A DNA stretch of 64,000 nt from the human T2T-CHM13v2.0 reference genome, Homo sapiens. A program made the position numbers and the translations under genes. This document shows, piece after piece, positions 13,715-27,337 of this stretch. Below the pieces are notes generated by a model. The model had not been told where the DNA came from, did not search any database, and was given only the letters and a program-made list of their open reading frames with translations. Each line of letters begins with the position of its first letter. Position 1 is the first letter of the stretch. The stretch lies in assembly GCF_009914755.1 (NCBI RefSeq), contig NC_060929.1; one strand, 5' to 3'.

Positions 13715-14030
13715 ATCTGGGCATAGTACCTCACGCCTGTAATCCCAACACTTTGGGAGGCCAAGGTGGGAAGGTGACTTGGACCCAGGAGTTCAGAACC
13801 AGCCTAGGCACATAGCAAAACCCTATCTCTACAAAAACTATAAAAAATTAGCCAGGAGGTATAGTGCACACCTATAGTCTATCTACTCAGGAGGCTGGAG
13901 CAGGAGGATCACTTGAGCTCAGGCTCAAGCCCACAAAGCTACAGTGCACTATGATGGCATCACTGTACTCCAAACTGTATGACAGAGCAAGACCCTGTCT
14001 CTAAAAAAATAATTAATTAATTAATAATAA
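13715..14030 (+). mobile_element. Alu (AluJ)
   Basis: Diverged dimer with CCCAGGAGTTC, CATAGCAAAACCC and GGAGGATCACTTGAG (J-type diagnostics). A/T-rich tail. Confidence 0.92.
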
Positions 14031-14253
14031 AATGAAAATAGCAAGGAGTAGTCACTCAATGAGTGGTTGCCAAAGCATTTTACAACTGGTGCATTAACTA
14101 AGGAGAAACAGTGTTTCTTCTTACTTTTGCAGTTGATTTTATCTCTGTCTCTCGATCCTCATTAAGGGAAGGGTTGCCTTTTCTTTTTTCAGTTTGAGCC
14201 AATTTTTCTTCCTTCAAGCCTGGATTGAATTTTGCTCTTTCAAATCATAATAT

Positions 14254-14853
14254 TGTTACAGGACCAAGAGGCTTACATGCCCACTGTGCAGTAACAGGCC
14301 AATTGCACTGACACAACAGGGCTTGCAGCAGAGAAATAGTTTAATGATCATAAGCTTCCCAGCAAAGAGGTGGGGGGAGACCCTCAAATCCATTTCCCCA
14401 ACGAGGTCTGGGCAGGGTCTTTAAGGGTATCATGGAGGGCAAGAAAATGAAATGACCAAAAATTAGGGCCATTGATTGGTCAGGGTAAGGGAGACAAAAT
14501 CATCAGGACATGGAAACTGCTTTCTTTAGTGAGTCTTCTCAGTGGGGTCCTTCAGAAAGCTGACATCAGTAGTTTCAGTGGTATGCAGGACCTGAAAGAA
14601 TACATCAAACGGAAAATGTAATGCTTCCTAATGTTCACGTTGCTATCTATAGAATAGTTAAGGAAAACTATAATCTTGTAACAGGGTCTATGTAATTCTG
14701 AGGCAATAGACACTGAATAGCTATGAGGAAGCAGGTCAGAGAGTAAGCTGAACTAATGATGAATGCTGAATGTGCTGCAAACTTGGTTTATTTTTGTTTC
14801 TCTCCTTCCCTTCTTTCCTGATTAATTTTGTAAAGCTTATAGGAATGGTTTAA
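14254..14853 (-). mobile_element. ERV1 solo LTR (LTR49-like, MER4 group)
   Basis: TGTTACAGGACC...GCAGCAGAGAAATAGTTTAATGATC...CCTGATTAATTTTGTAAAGCTTATAGGAATGGTTTAA. 600 bp with 4-bp TSD ATAT on both sides. Confidence 0.85.
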
Positions 14854-15479
14854 ATATTAAAAAAAACTTCTTATTAGTATGTTTTTAATTTATAGAATCA
14901 TTATCTAAAAAAGTTTTAATAATGTTTGCAAAAGAGAATGAATGTGTTATAAATCTTATGATAATATATGTAATTGTACAGCTGATGGAAATGAGGAGGC
15001 AGCAGACAAGGAATGAAGCACAGAGACGTTCATTTCTTCATTAAGAGACACAAGAAATAAAGTTTTAGTTCTATTCTTCAAAGTTATAATGTTAATAAGA
15101 ACTGATAAAAAGATATAAATAGGAAACAGAGAATTTAATAATGTATTTTACTTAATGTAATCCACCATCTTTCATATCTGGAAGAAGAAATATTAAAAGT
15201 TTGATTAATTCATTAATTAACAAGAGCAGACATATTATGGAGATAACAACCAGAAAATTGACAGAAGAAATACTTAACAAATACTTACAAGCGCTTGCCT
15301 TTGGAGCTTGAAACTGTTGGTTAGTCTATACGGCAGGAGGCTTCTGCCTTTCTATAGTTAACAGTTTGTCGTGGTGGTGATGGTGGTGGCTTTCTATGTT
15401 TTAAACCCAGTGTATGCAGAATTTTGATGATTTTTAAAAAAATAATGTGAAGGAATTATATTAAAATATTTAACATTTT

Positions 15480-17010
15480 ACTAAGGGATCTAAATGGAGA
15501 TTTGCATAAATGGAAATAACATGATTTTTTTGGATTCGAAGCATGAATATTAGAAATATATCAATTCTTTATACATGTGTGTAAATAAACAGTTCCTAAA
15601 AAAACAGATTTGATTTTTATTTGTAAAAGTATATGTGCCACTTTTAAAAATTTAGCTCTCCCTATAAAAATATGTGTGTAAATATTGCCAAGAGAAGTCA
15701 TAAAGTAAAAAATTTGATGGGTAATTTTTCAAAATCAGTATTAAACATACCCTAAATGAAATGATTTGCTACTCACAGGGATAGACAAAACAATCAGCAG
15801 ATTATGATAGAAAACCAGGGGGAATTAAAACCTCGTAGTTCTGTGTATGCCCAACTTGTGTTTCAAAGCATTGCAGGGTAAGTATATTGTTTACTAAATG
15901 GTCTTGTGATAACTTTCTAGCTTTTATTAAATAAATGAGATTGGATCATTCTCTTACCTGTTATAATAAATGAGTTCAAATGAATCAATATTCTAAATTT
16001 AAAGGAATGAAAACATAAAAGTACTATAGAAATACAATCGATCTCTTTCTTTCTCACATACACTTAATCTCAGAGAGACTAAGGCTTTTCTAAACCTAAA
16101 TAAAACCCAAGACAATTATTTTGTTTATAAGTGTCTAACAACTTTTATAATTAAAAACTCACTGTGAACAAAATAAAAAAGAAACAAAAAGAGCCCAGCA
16201 AGAATTGTAACATTTAGGACAGTAATGATTTGTGTACATTGTTCATCTATCATAAAATTGAGGAAGCTAGTATAAGAAACAGAAAAATCTCATTAAAAAT
16301 ATTTAAAGCACATCGAAGACATACAGAAAACATTTTGAAAAGATAATTTATTTTTACTATGGAAATCCAAAAAATAATTCACTTAGAAATTTGACAAAGA
16401 TAAAATGTTATCATATAAATTTGAACCTTACAAAATAGCTGATATCCAACTGTTCTTAATATATAAATCTACAATTTTATAGGGTTCAACCCAAACATCA
16501 TTAGTTTTGGAAACGCATGCAAACAAATACCCTAAATTGGAATGAGCAGTTTAAAAAAAAGTTTTAAACGTTGTCAATAGCTATCAAAATTAAAATTTAT
16601 GCAATCCATCACTTAGCAATAAAAGTTCCAGGGATAGATCCACTGAGATCTCCATTGATACTAATTACAGCGCTCTTTTTATAACAAAATTAAAATCAAT
16701 TTGGGGGAACAATTTAATATATTTTTCTAATAGAAGTATTATCTTAAAAATAAGGTAAATTTATATGTAGATATAAAATCTGCAAAAACGTTGTTAATAA
16801 AAATGATCATACAGAAACATTTGTATCATATATACACACATATACCTATTTGCCTAGAGAAGGTTGGAAATTGGCTGAAACTGTATAATATAGGCAGTTG
16901 ATGAATTCTATCTCTGGGGCAGAGAACTGATAGTTTTTACTTAGCAGGCTAAATTATTCTGTACTGTTAATTTTTAAAACTTTTATCATTTTCATATTTT
17001 TAAAGCAAGC
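15480..17010 (+). mobile_element. Highly degenerate L1M (L1ME-like) ORF2/3' remnants
   Basis: ATAAATGGAAATAACATGATTTTTTTGGATT..., ATAGACAAAACAATCAG..., GGATCATTCTCTTACC... occur in L1 ORF2 order. Confidence 0.5.
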
Positions 17011-17129
17011 AATTTTAAATAATGGTATGGTTATTAGAATGAAATTACTTGCCATGGCTGAAACATCTATGTTATTTCTTAAATTTGAGTCTTTGACAGT
17101 GCTGCATCCTCCAGTTCTAGTGTTCTTAC

Positions 17130-17420
17130 TTCCCGGCAATTCCTAGTCCCTAATTCACCTTTCAGGCCTTAACTTCCATGTTACTTACTCTAGGAAGCCT
17201 TCCAGCACTCCTAAGACTTGTTTAGGTGCCTGAATAGCAAAGTACTGAATACTTATTAACATCATGGTATCATCATATTTTTTTTTTGTAATTGTCTTTT
17301 TGCTTTCCCTCAACATTACCAAAAGCTCACTGAAGAAATCCACACTGCCACATTCAGGATCATAACTCTAGCAGTTAAAGTAGATTTTAGGATATCACTT
17401 ATGTTCAATAAAATATGTAG
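17130..17420 (+). mobile_element. L2 3' remnant
   Basis: TTCACCTTTCAGGCCTTAACTTCCATGTTACTTACTCTAGGAAGCCTTCC...GTTCAATAAAATATG. Confidence 0.55.
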
Positions 17421-17489
17421 TAGTGTCAAAGGAATTCTGAACAAAATGTAGACAAGATATATAAGATAAAATTTAAAAGAGGAAAAAAG

Positions 17490-17790
17490 GGCTGGGTGTG
17501 GTAGTTCACACCCGTAATCCCAGCACTTGGGGAGGCCAAGGCGGACGGATCATGAGGTCAGGAGTTTGAGACCAGCCTGACCAACATGGTGAAACACCAT
17601 CTCTACTAAAAATACAAAAATTAGCTGGGTGTGGTGGCGCGTGCCTGTAATCTCAGCTACTCAGTAGGCTGAGGCAAGGGAATCGCTTGAACCTAGGAGG
17701 CAGAGGTTGCAATGAGCTGAGATCACACCACTGCACTCCAGCCTGAGTGACAGAGCTAGACTCTGTCTCAAAAAAAAAAAAAAAAAAAAA
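17490..17790 (+). mobile_element. Alu (AluSg-like)
   Basis: Full dimer with GATCATGAGGTCAGG and a long A tail. TSD AAAAGAGGAAAAAAG. Confidence 0.95.
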
Positions 17791-18944
17791 AAAAGAGGAA
17801 AAAAGGAAGAAAAGACAGAAGAAACCCAAAATGTAATTTGTGAGATCATAATTCTGGCTAGGCCTTGATTTTGTCCTTGGTTGCTATTGTAGAACTAAAG
17901 AAGGTCTCAGATTTATGGATATCATCATCAGTGTGAGAGGAGAGTCTTCAAAGATATGCCTGAAAAGATATGCCATAAAATGAGGCAAAATAACATATCA
18001 ATGACCTACGACAATCTTTTTTTTTTTTTTTTTAAGATTGTTACAGTAGTCCTATATGGAAAATAAAGAGCTTTGGTAAAAATCTAGGCTACTGTTAGAA
18101 GCAATGAGACTCTACTAGAAAGAAATACACTCTGTAAAAGTAGCCTTTAGTGTGTAACTTTCATGTCTTCAACTATAATTTATGTCACTTCTGTAAAGCC
18201 ATTACTCCATAATCAAAAATTCTTCCTTTTGGTTTTACAGGAAGATTGAAATTGAAATTAATACCTTAATGTAGAAGCATGATGAACTGCCTGTCAGTGA
18301 GGTCCGTGCTTGTACTTTTACAAAGTTCAATATCTAGTTCTTCTTGGGTGCTATGACTCATCTTCATGGAAATCATTTGTGGCATTATAGAACGAAAAGG
18401 CATGGGAGTCTCTTAGCAGTGTATGAAATTTCTCCTAGGTTCACATTATATTTAATGCAACTTTATAACCTAAGACAATTCTATGTTCACATTCGTATCA
18501 TTTATTATCCACTAATAAGAAGGCTAAATGTAAAAGAATGGATGTAACAAGCAAGTAAAGAACACTTTTGATGCTAGAAAAAGTTCATTTCTAAACTTAG
18601 ATACAGTTTATTCGAGAATGCAACCCATATCCTGTTGAATATTATTTTAGTTACTGTAGTTGTTCACATACTGAAAGAAGGAAGGTTTATTATTCAATGT
18701 AGCTGGTGATGCTAAACTAAATAGTCTCTCCTCCTGCAATATTTACCTTCCAGATGTTATATCTCTGGATTTTGGCAAAATAGATGTAAAAATGGTGACT
18801 TCACAGTGTTTTAAATGTATTATCCTTAATATAGGGATATAACTCTTAGTACTTTTTATTTATTAACTTCTAGCTAGTGAGGAAAATAAGATGTTTTATG
18901 ACTGAGAAGAAAAGCAGGGAAAATAATTTAGGTTTCTATTTTTT

Positions 18945-19066
18945 ATTAATAAAATAAGTTGGCAACTCCTGCCAAACCTACCTCGTAAAGGTTCTGCAAA
19001 GATAAAATGAGATGAAGTATGTCAAAGTGTAGTATAAACTCTGTGTGTGTGTGTGTGTGTGTGTGT
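18945..19066 (+). mobile_element. MIR 3' remnant followed by (TG)n
   Basis: ACCTACCTCGTAAAGGTTCTGCAAAGATAAAATGAGATGAAGTATGTCAAAGTG. TG run at ~19043-19066. Confidence 0.6.
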
Positions 19067-21477
19067 ACACATGCATATAAACCTTAAAATTGTTGACAAT
19101 TGTTATTAATTATTTAGGGTTATGGTTTACAAAAAGTGACGTCTTGTTTCTTATTTCCTCTCTTCCTCTCTTTTTAAATTTGTTTTCATTGAAAGTTTCT
19201 GTCCTTGTCCTCCTCCTGAACTAAAAAAGGATTCCAACAAAGTACCCATTTATTCTATCCTTAGAGTGGTACTACTGCTCGATCTTTCATTAACTCCTTT
19301 GGGCAGTTGTAGACATTTTTGGGGAGATAGGTTTCAAGGAGGAACTTTGACTTTCCATGTACTGCTCTGTCCAAACCACAGAATGGTCCCCAAACCCTAG
19401 CTAATACCAGTCTTTCTCTAATATTTTCCTAAAGTAATTAGAAAAAGAAAGTCAACATGAAACTGCAGCTAGATGTGTCTTCTGTGAGATGCCATGGGCA
19501 CACACCTTGGCTTGAAACTTCTCTTACTGGTTCCTGGTCAATTATCCCTACCTTTCCATTGAGGTAGTTCAGGTATTTATTTCCCAGAATTCATGAACAC
19601 ATAAGAATAAAAAACAGTTACCTATCAACTTATATCAATATTTCTCAAAAATAGTTATTCATCACATACATCAGAATTCTCCCACACATTGAGTTCTCAG
19701 TCCCACATCAGAAAGCTACAGAAATGGGAACTTGGAAGATGGGCAGTAAGTTAAGCAGGGGTGAAACTGTCTTAAGGAACATAAGTAGCTAGCCATTAAA
19801 AACATAGTTCCCAGTCCCACTCCAAAGACTTCTTGCCACAAAGTGGTTAAGGTGATAATGATAAAATGATGTTGTCAATCATGATGTTTCTAAATTAATA
19901 CATTTTTATGTTAAAGATGAAAATACTAACAACTAACATTTTTTAGCCATATTATATTGGCAGTACCAGATTTAAAACTTATATTTTCTAGCTGGTTCTT
20001 TGCAGTCAAGATTGTTCAAAATCTCCTGTTTCCCAGACTGAATGACAGTGCAAATTTCCATACCTTATAGTTGGAACTTTACCTCCTGCCAAAAGAGGTG
20101 TGGCCTTGCCTTTATAATGTATTTGAGCCATAGTTAAGGGCATAGCAATTCAATATCAGTGCATTTCCCAACGTAAGGGTTATGCAGGATCATATACCAC
20201 ATTCCAAATTGAACTTCACTCTTATTACACTGGTTCTTCTGAAATGAGATGAAGCTTATGCCTGTCTTGTCACTGGTTTATCACAAAAGAAAAAAAAACC
20301 TCCACAAGAAAAATATGATTTATAGATTGTAAATATAGATAAAGGAAATCTCCTCTCATTGTCTGGCCATACCACATGCCAAACAATAAAAAAGGAACAA
20401 CAGTTGTAGAGATTCATCTCAGAAGTAGTTATACACAGATTTTTAAAATAAGAGAATACTTAGCTTCTTAGTCTAAAGTGTACATTTTGATCAATAGATT
20501 TTTCAGAGCTTTTCCCAATGACTAGTGGTTAGGTATTTATTTACATTTGTAAAAACGCAGGGTGCAAGCATCTTATTTTCCCACAGATAGGTAAACAATG
20601 ATTGCTTCTATTTCAATCTACCTTTATCTGTTTTTCTGATTATCTGTCTTTCTGATTATCTGTCTGCCTATTTATTTACCTATTTTTCATCTTATGTGGT
20701 TTAGCCCTAGCCTTCATTTACAGGTAAAATAAATGGAAAGCAAGTGGTAAACTAACAAATCAAATATTAGAAAATATTAGAATAAAAATAGAGTAGAATA
20801 GAAGATTTAAATAATTATCAAAGGTTATGTTGTGGCAACAAAAAAGGACAACTCTTTTTTTATTCCAGGAGCTCTGAGACATAATAGTTATGTCATATGA
20901 ATAGTTATATTCATAGCTGACATTGCAATGGACTCCTCAAGTATAAAATTAGTATGTGATGTGATAAGTGTATATCACATGAGGAACTGGAATTATTAAA
21001 ATGTGACCTAGTAAATCCTATCTGCCAGAATGCTGCTTTAAAATATTAACATTCTAACTTAAACTCAAGGTGAGGTAGGCAAGTCTTTGACCTTATACCC
21101 TTAAGCATCTCAGTGTTTGCCTGAATAAAGAAATGCTTCAATTAAAATAAAAGCCCGTATTATGACAACTCCTAAAATTATGCCTCCATTTTTATGTGCA
21201 TATTCTATGCCTCTCATGTTTTTCAGAGCCTTATTAAACTTTTTGCTTTGATAGTTAATTATAAGTGCTTAATAATCAAGGGTGTCTAATGTGAAAGACT
21301 CATGGGATAGATCCTAAAGGAAATCCTAAAAGAAAACTGCCTGATACTTTGATAGTAAATATGAGGGCTGTGAGACCCATAGGCCATGAAACTTTAAACT
21401 GAATATATACACATATAGTAAAATCAGAAAGACCTAATTCCATTGTTTTCAATATGCTTTATTATTTGAACCTTTAA

Positions 21478-21614
21478 TTTTGTTTATTTACTTATTTTAG
21501 AGATGGGGTCTCACTATGTTGCCCAGGCAAGACTCAAACTTCTGGGCTTAAGTGATATTGCCACTACAATCTCCCAAGTAGATGGGATTACAGGCATGTG
21601 CCACTGCACCCAGC
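21478..21614 (-). mobile_element. Free left Alu monomer (FLAM-like)
   Basis: AGAGATGGGGTCTCACTATGTTGCCCAGG...GGGATTACAGGCATGTGCCACTGCACCCAGC. Confidence 0.88.
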
Positions 21615-21759
21615 TAAACCTTTTGTTTTTCTTGCACTGTGAGAATAGGTACAGTAAGTACTCAGTCATGTCTATTCAATAAAATAAAAATATCACAAAA
21701 TGACCCTTCAAAACTGTCCACTTTTTTCTACTGCTTTTAAAAGTATATTGTTTTTGTTT

Positions 21760-21826
21760 GTGCACACGTACCCTAGAACTTAAAGTATAATAAAAATAAA
21801 TAAATAAATAAAAATATTTAGAAGAA
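21760..21826 (+). mobile_element. Ultra-short young L1PA 3'-tip insertion
   Basis: GTGCACACGTACCCTAGAACTTAAAGTATAATAAA + A-rich tail. Perfect TSD AAAAGTATATTGTTTTTGTTT at 21739-21759 and 21827-21847. Confidence 0.92.
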
Positions 21827-22347
21827 AAAAGTATATTGTTTTTGTTTAGGCCTTGGGTACTTTGAAAAGTCCAGGTAAAACTAAATATAGTCAAAGAAAA
21901 AAGGATCATCTTCAGAGTATATTATATAAAGGGATACATTATTTATTATATATCATATGAGCATATTACATACATTAACACATTTATGTAAAAATAATAA
22001 CATAATCTGTCATTATGCAACTATGACATACACCGTATGATCTTATATATTTTTGAATTCACTGTCCTTTCTGCTAATTAATTTAGCATTACTTGCTAAC
22101 CCAGCAAATAAAAATTTTAATTTTCATAGAAAGGAACCATGAACAAAAGTGATAAAATAATATTAAAACAGAAGGTCTCAAAATATTGGTAATTCATTAT
22201 AAAACTCAAATGCACAGTTCTCTATTTTTGTCATATTATGGGTGAATAATACATTTTCTTGTAATGGATTACAATTAATTATTAAATAACAATTTCATCT
22301 CTATGTAATTTTCTTTTTTATATATTTTTATTATATTAAAAAAAAAA

Positions 22348-22480
<133 letters not shown>

Positions 22481-24748
22481 TAATTGTTGAGACTTCTGAA
22501 ACTAGAATATGGACACTAGTAAAAAATATAGTGATTAAACAACAGAAATCACAGAAATGCAGGCATTACATCAATGACACAGAGCTGCATTATACAGAGA
22601 ATATTTAGTACATATTTTGGTGGATATGGAAACAATCTGTTTACCCATTATTTAGCAATAACTCTCAATTATTTCTTTTCTCTCTTGTTAATAAAAGTAG
22701 AATATTAATAAATTTACATAATATGTTAATCATTTATATCAAAAGTTTCTGCCTTCTTAGTATATCAACCTTATTCCCTTTACTTAAGGAAGGTATAAAT
22801 TCAGGCTGATTCTTAGGAGGCAAAAGACATTTGTTTTAATAAATGCTCCAGTAAGAGGAGCTCCCATGTGGATTTTGCCTAACCCAAGAATTCCTCCAGA
22901 AGAATATTCTGCTAGATGACATCATTTTCAAACCAAAATTTTACTATATTTTGTAGATTTAAGAAATAAACTCTGGCTCACAGAAGCATATGGTGCATTT
23001 TATTAGCATTCTGCACCAACATGAAGAGTCCTAGGGTTGTTGGTTATTGCTTTCCTCCTCATTATACCACATTATAGAAACCATGTCCAGGATGATCAAG
23101 TGATGAAGAGGTGGGCAGATGGATTATCCTTGTATGAAAGAGTATACCATGCAGTTCATCTCTGGTGCCACACTGAGAGGAAAACTAAGACAACAAATGC
23201 TACAGAACAGGTCAACAGCAGGGAGCCCTGAGAACAGTACCACTGAAGACTTCCAAAGAGGAAATCAAAAATAAGTAAATAAAAGTAGACATTGGTTTAT
23301 GTTTTTAATCGGATGCCAAGAGCAAAACCTCTGCAGGAATGATAAATCTGTGGCCATTCTACAACACACAGGATCTCTGTATTCAACAAGGTAAATGTTT
23401 ATATTAACCGTAATAGAAATCAGTGAGCATGCACTTTTAACCTTGGAAAATAAATCAGCATGTTAGAAACTGGATTTAACTCATTAGGTAGCACATTTTC
23501 ACCCAAATAAAGCAGAACATAGTAAATTGAAGAAAAACAAATTGGTAGTTAATTACTTCATGTTTTAGATAGGGTGATTTAAATTATATTCATATTTGTT
23601 AATATTTTAGTGTCTTACACAAAACATAACTGAAAACTCATGTTCCTGATTAAAATTGCATTTTATAGATGCATTAAGAACCCACATTCCACATAAGGGA
23701 TTCAGTGTCCAGCTAAAACTGCATAGCAAGAGACATGTTAGAGATCACTTCCCCAAGCAGGATGTCCAAGTTATAAATCCTTAGCTGAATCCCCTCCTTT
23801 TATTTCCTCCATGATAAAATAAAGTATAAATTATGTAGTGGAAGACATACACAAGAAACTTGCACTCAACATAAAAGGTCAAAATTATTTTCCTCCAGAA
23901 CCATTTTTTGGGAGGTTCTATATTTTCTGTCACACTTGTGATTTATTAACATAACATTTTTCTCCTCTGGAGTGAAATTTCTTTAATCTTCAATGTTAAG
24001 ACGAACATTAAAATTTGAATTATATTCTGTTAGAAAACTAGAAGATCAGACAATTCAGTAAATGGTCAAATAATATCAATGACTTATTTGTGGAAAAAAA
24101 TAAGTGGTTTTCTCATGAAGAAAGGCAGAGAAGAAAAAAGATTAGTAAAGGATAAAATAAAAACAACACAACAGTTGAATAATCTCTTCCTGCAGAGAAA
24201 ATTATGTAGGCTTTGTCTATAAGGTATGGAGTAGGAGTCCACATAGTACATGAAATGTACCTTTATTGCTTTTATTGGCAAAAGTATAATCTTGACCTTT
24301 GGTAAATAGTCCAGGGGATATATCCTACAAATCTGAGCAACATGTGAGAATCTCACCATAACCTACATACTTTAGTGCTTGGAAGACACAGGCCCAGTTA
24401 TCGCATTTTATTTACATTTACATTTCCAAATTTCAGCCAGTAGCTTATGCACATCAGGACTCATATTAACTATTTCAAAAATATATGGAAACAGAGATGG
24501 AAATACATTTATCCTGGTTGTCATTTACCTTATTTGTACTTATGGTTGGAGACAACTGAAATTTTTGACTTTAACTGCTAATCTAAACTGTAATCTATAC
24601 TTGAACATAAAAGAGTACATCAAATGATTAGAAGGCTGGCAAGTTTCATTTGCTAATTTGCAATAATCGTTGAATCCAGTAAACTGTAACTTCAATGTTA
24701 ACCTTACTTTAACAGGACTTGTCATTCCATCTCTAGTTTATGCTAACT

Positions 24749-25083
24749 CAGTGGTCTCCAACATTTTTGGCACCTGGGACCGGTTCCGTGGAAGACAACA
24801 ATTTTTCCACGGATGGGGTAGGGGATGGTTTGGGGATAATTCAAGTGCATTACGTTTATCATTAGATTATCATAAGGAGCATACAATCTAGATCCCTTGG
24901 ATGCGCAGTTCACAATAGGGTTCGCGCCCTTATGAGAATCTAATGCTGCCACTGATCTGACAGGGGGTGGAGCTCAGGTGGTGGTAATGCTCTCTCTCCC
25001 ACTGCTCGCCTCCTGCTGTGTGTCCCAGTTCCTAATAGGCCATGGACAGGTTTGGTGCGTGGCCTTGGGGCTGGGGATCTCTG
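24749..25083 (+). mobile_element. MER1B (hAT-Charlie non-autonomous element), complete
   Basis: CAGTGGTCTCCAACATTTTTGGCACC...GGGGCTGGGGATCTCTG with perfect 8-bp TSD TGCTAACT (24741-24748 / 25084-25091). Confidence 0.95.
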
Positions 25084-25499
25084 TGCTAACTGATTTGAAA
25101 GGATGCTGAATTCTGAGGGTCAAAAGCTATTCTCTAGTAATCCAGCAAAAGTTTTTGTACTGAAAGCTTAATACCTTTTATATGCTACCTTATTGTTTAC
25201 TTTTCTTTGAAAGCCATTTAATATTTCATCGAATTATCAAACCCATATATAAAATGGTTACTGTTTCTTATAGTCACGTTCACAAATGTATTTCAAATAC
25301 ATATCTGAACTTCTGAAATAGATGATTAGCTATTTATTTCATATTTTATAATACTGAACAAAGGATCTGGCATATAATAATGGCCCAACAAATATGCACT
25401 AAATACATAAGTGATATTTATCTTATTCTTTTCTGTTTTTGCTCTCTATCCTTTTTCTCTGGGCATTCATCCAATTGATATTTGCCCATCTTTATCCAT

Positions 25500-25860
25500 A
25501 ACATATTCACACTCTTTCCATCTTGACTTACTCTTGTTCATTGAATGTTCCAAGAAGTATCCTATCATAGGGACTTTTTCCAAACTGTTGTCTTCTCTCA
25601 CTTTCTTCATATTGTTTACTCCCACTTAGCCTCTGTATCCTAGGTGCTCAACGTAGTCTCTGGAGTTTTGCCAAACTCTGACCTCTAGGTCACTTCTTTT
25701 GCTTTATGTTCTTACCTGTGCTTCAGAATCCCTCTCTCTTTAATTAAATCTTTATTGGCACAATTATTTTCGAAATATTCCCACACCAGATATTTTTACT
25801 CATCATTATATCTCTGCCTGGCAGATAATATATGGCCAAAAGTAGTTGTTGAATGAAACA
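25500..25860 (+). mobile_element. L2 3' remnant
   Basis: CTTGTTCATTGAATGTTCCAAG...TGCCTGGCAGATAA...GTTGTTGAATGAA (L2 terminus motif). Confidence 0.5.
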
Positions 25861-26345
25861 GATTAATATAAGCCTGGAACAATAGATGTCTAGATTTTTA
25901 GAAAAATTTCCAGTGCACCTTTAGATTACCCGTAAAGATGACAGTCAGCAAAGAACAAATCTCATTTAAACTTTCCATGGCATTGTTTGTTTGATGCATC
26001 CACTTCCTTTGAAAGCACTTTTTCTTTCCTTGTGATCTGGTGGCTGAACATGTTTTTTTTTTTTTTTTCCTGATTGTGAGAAGGTGTTTTATTTTAGCAT
26101 AGTATTCAACAGCATATAACAGAAGTTGACTATGGTGTTTAATTATTTATTACTTACAAAATTATTTAAACATTTTTAAACCATGTATTTTTGTCACATT
26201 TCAGAAACAAAGTTTTTTGTTGGATTATAGTCAATGCTGTATACTTTCTACATTTTAAGAGTTAAGGAAATTAAGGTATAAAGTACGATGGTTTACCAAT
26301 TTATATGGACATTTAATAGGGGATGTAGAACTATAATTCTGGAGT

Positions 26346-26458
26346 TTATTTCATTATTTATTATTTATTTATTTAGACTTTTATTTTTGATTCAGGGGTA
26401 CAAGTACTGGTTCATTGTATAGGTAAACTCATGTCACAGGGGTTTGTTGTACAAATTA
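26346..26458 (-). mobile_element. L1PA13-16 class 3'-tip fragment
   Basis: (TTTA)n ACTTTTATTTTTGATTCAGGGGTACAAG...ATAGGTAAACTCATGTCACAGGGGTTTGTTGTACA. Confidence 0.85.
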
Positions 26459-26888
26459 GAACATGTTTCTTGAAGGATGCACCGTTACCTACAGCAGTGT
26501 TTCCAAATCTAGCCATGACTCAGAATTACTGCAGCCATTAAAAACTAGTCTTCCTGACATAGATTCTATGCCTGTTAATATTGGGTTTCCTGAAATGAGG
26601 CCAAGAAGTCTGCGTGTCTGTGGATATATGTATGTATATATATGCCCTAAAAAGTACAGGCGTATTTTCTGTTGCCATCGACATAGTACTCCAAACCAGA
26701 ATTATGGTATTAGATCCCCTGTTAAATGTTCACCTAAATTGGGAAACCATCATATTTTATACCTTAATTTCCTTACCTCTAAAATGTAGAAATTATACAG
26801 CATGGACTATAATCCAACAAAAAACTTTATATTTCTGAAACTTAACAAAAATAGATGGTTTAAAGATATTTAAAAAATTTTTGTATTA

Positions 26889-27337
26889 TAGTTGACCCTT
26901 GAAGAACATGTGTTTGAATTGTTTGAGTCTTCTTATACATGGATTTTCTTCTGCATCTGCTGCTGCTGAGACAGACAGCAAGACCAACCCCTCCTCTTCC
27001 CTCTCCTCAGCCTACTCGATGACATGGAGATAGCAAGAATGAAGACGTTTATGACAATTCCCTTCGGCTTAATAAACAGTAAATGTATTTTCTCTTACTT
27101 ATGATTTTCTTAACAATATTTTCCTTTATCTAACTTACTTTATTCTTAGAATATAGTATATAATACATATACTATAAAAATACATGTTAATCAACTGTTT
27201 ATATCATTGGTAAAGTTCCTGGTAAACAGTAGGCCACTAGTAGTTACATTTTAGTAGAGTCAGAAGTTATACACAGAGTTTTCAACTTTGTGGGTGTCAT
27301 CGCCCCTAACCACCCCCCATTGTTCAAGTGTCAATTG
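26889..27337 (+). mobile_element. Tigger2a (MER28-like) non-autonomous DNA transposon
   Basis: TIRs TAGTTGACCCTTGAAGAAC ... TGTTCAAGTGTCAATTG. Internal GCAAGACCAACCCCTCCTCTTCC. Confidence 0.88.

Noticed and set aside
20624-20665. 16-bp tandem repeat TTATCTGTYTTTCTGA (GATA motifs). Similar short duplications at ~13684-13711 and ~37316-37361
   Set aside because: Ordinary slippage duplications.
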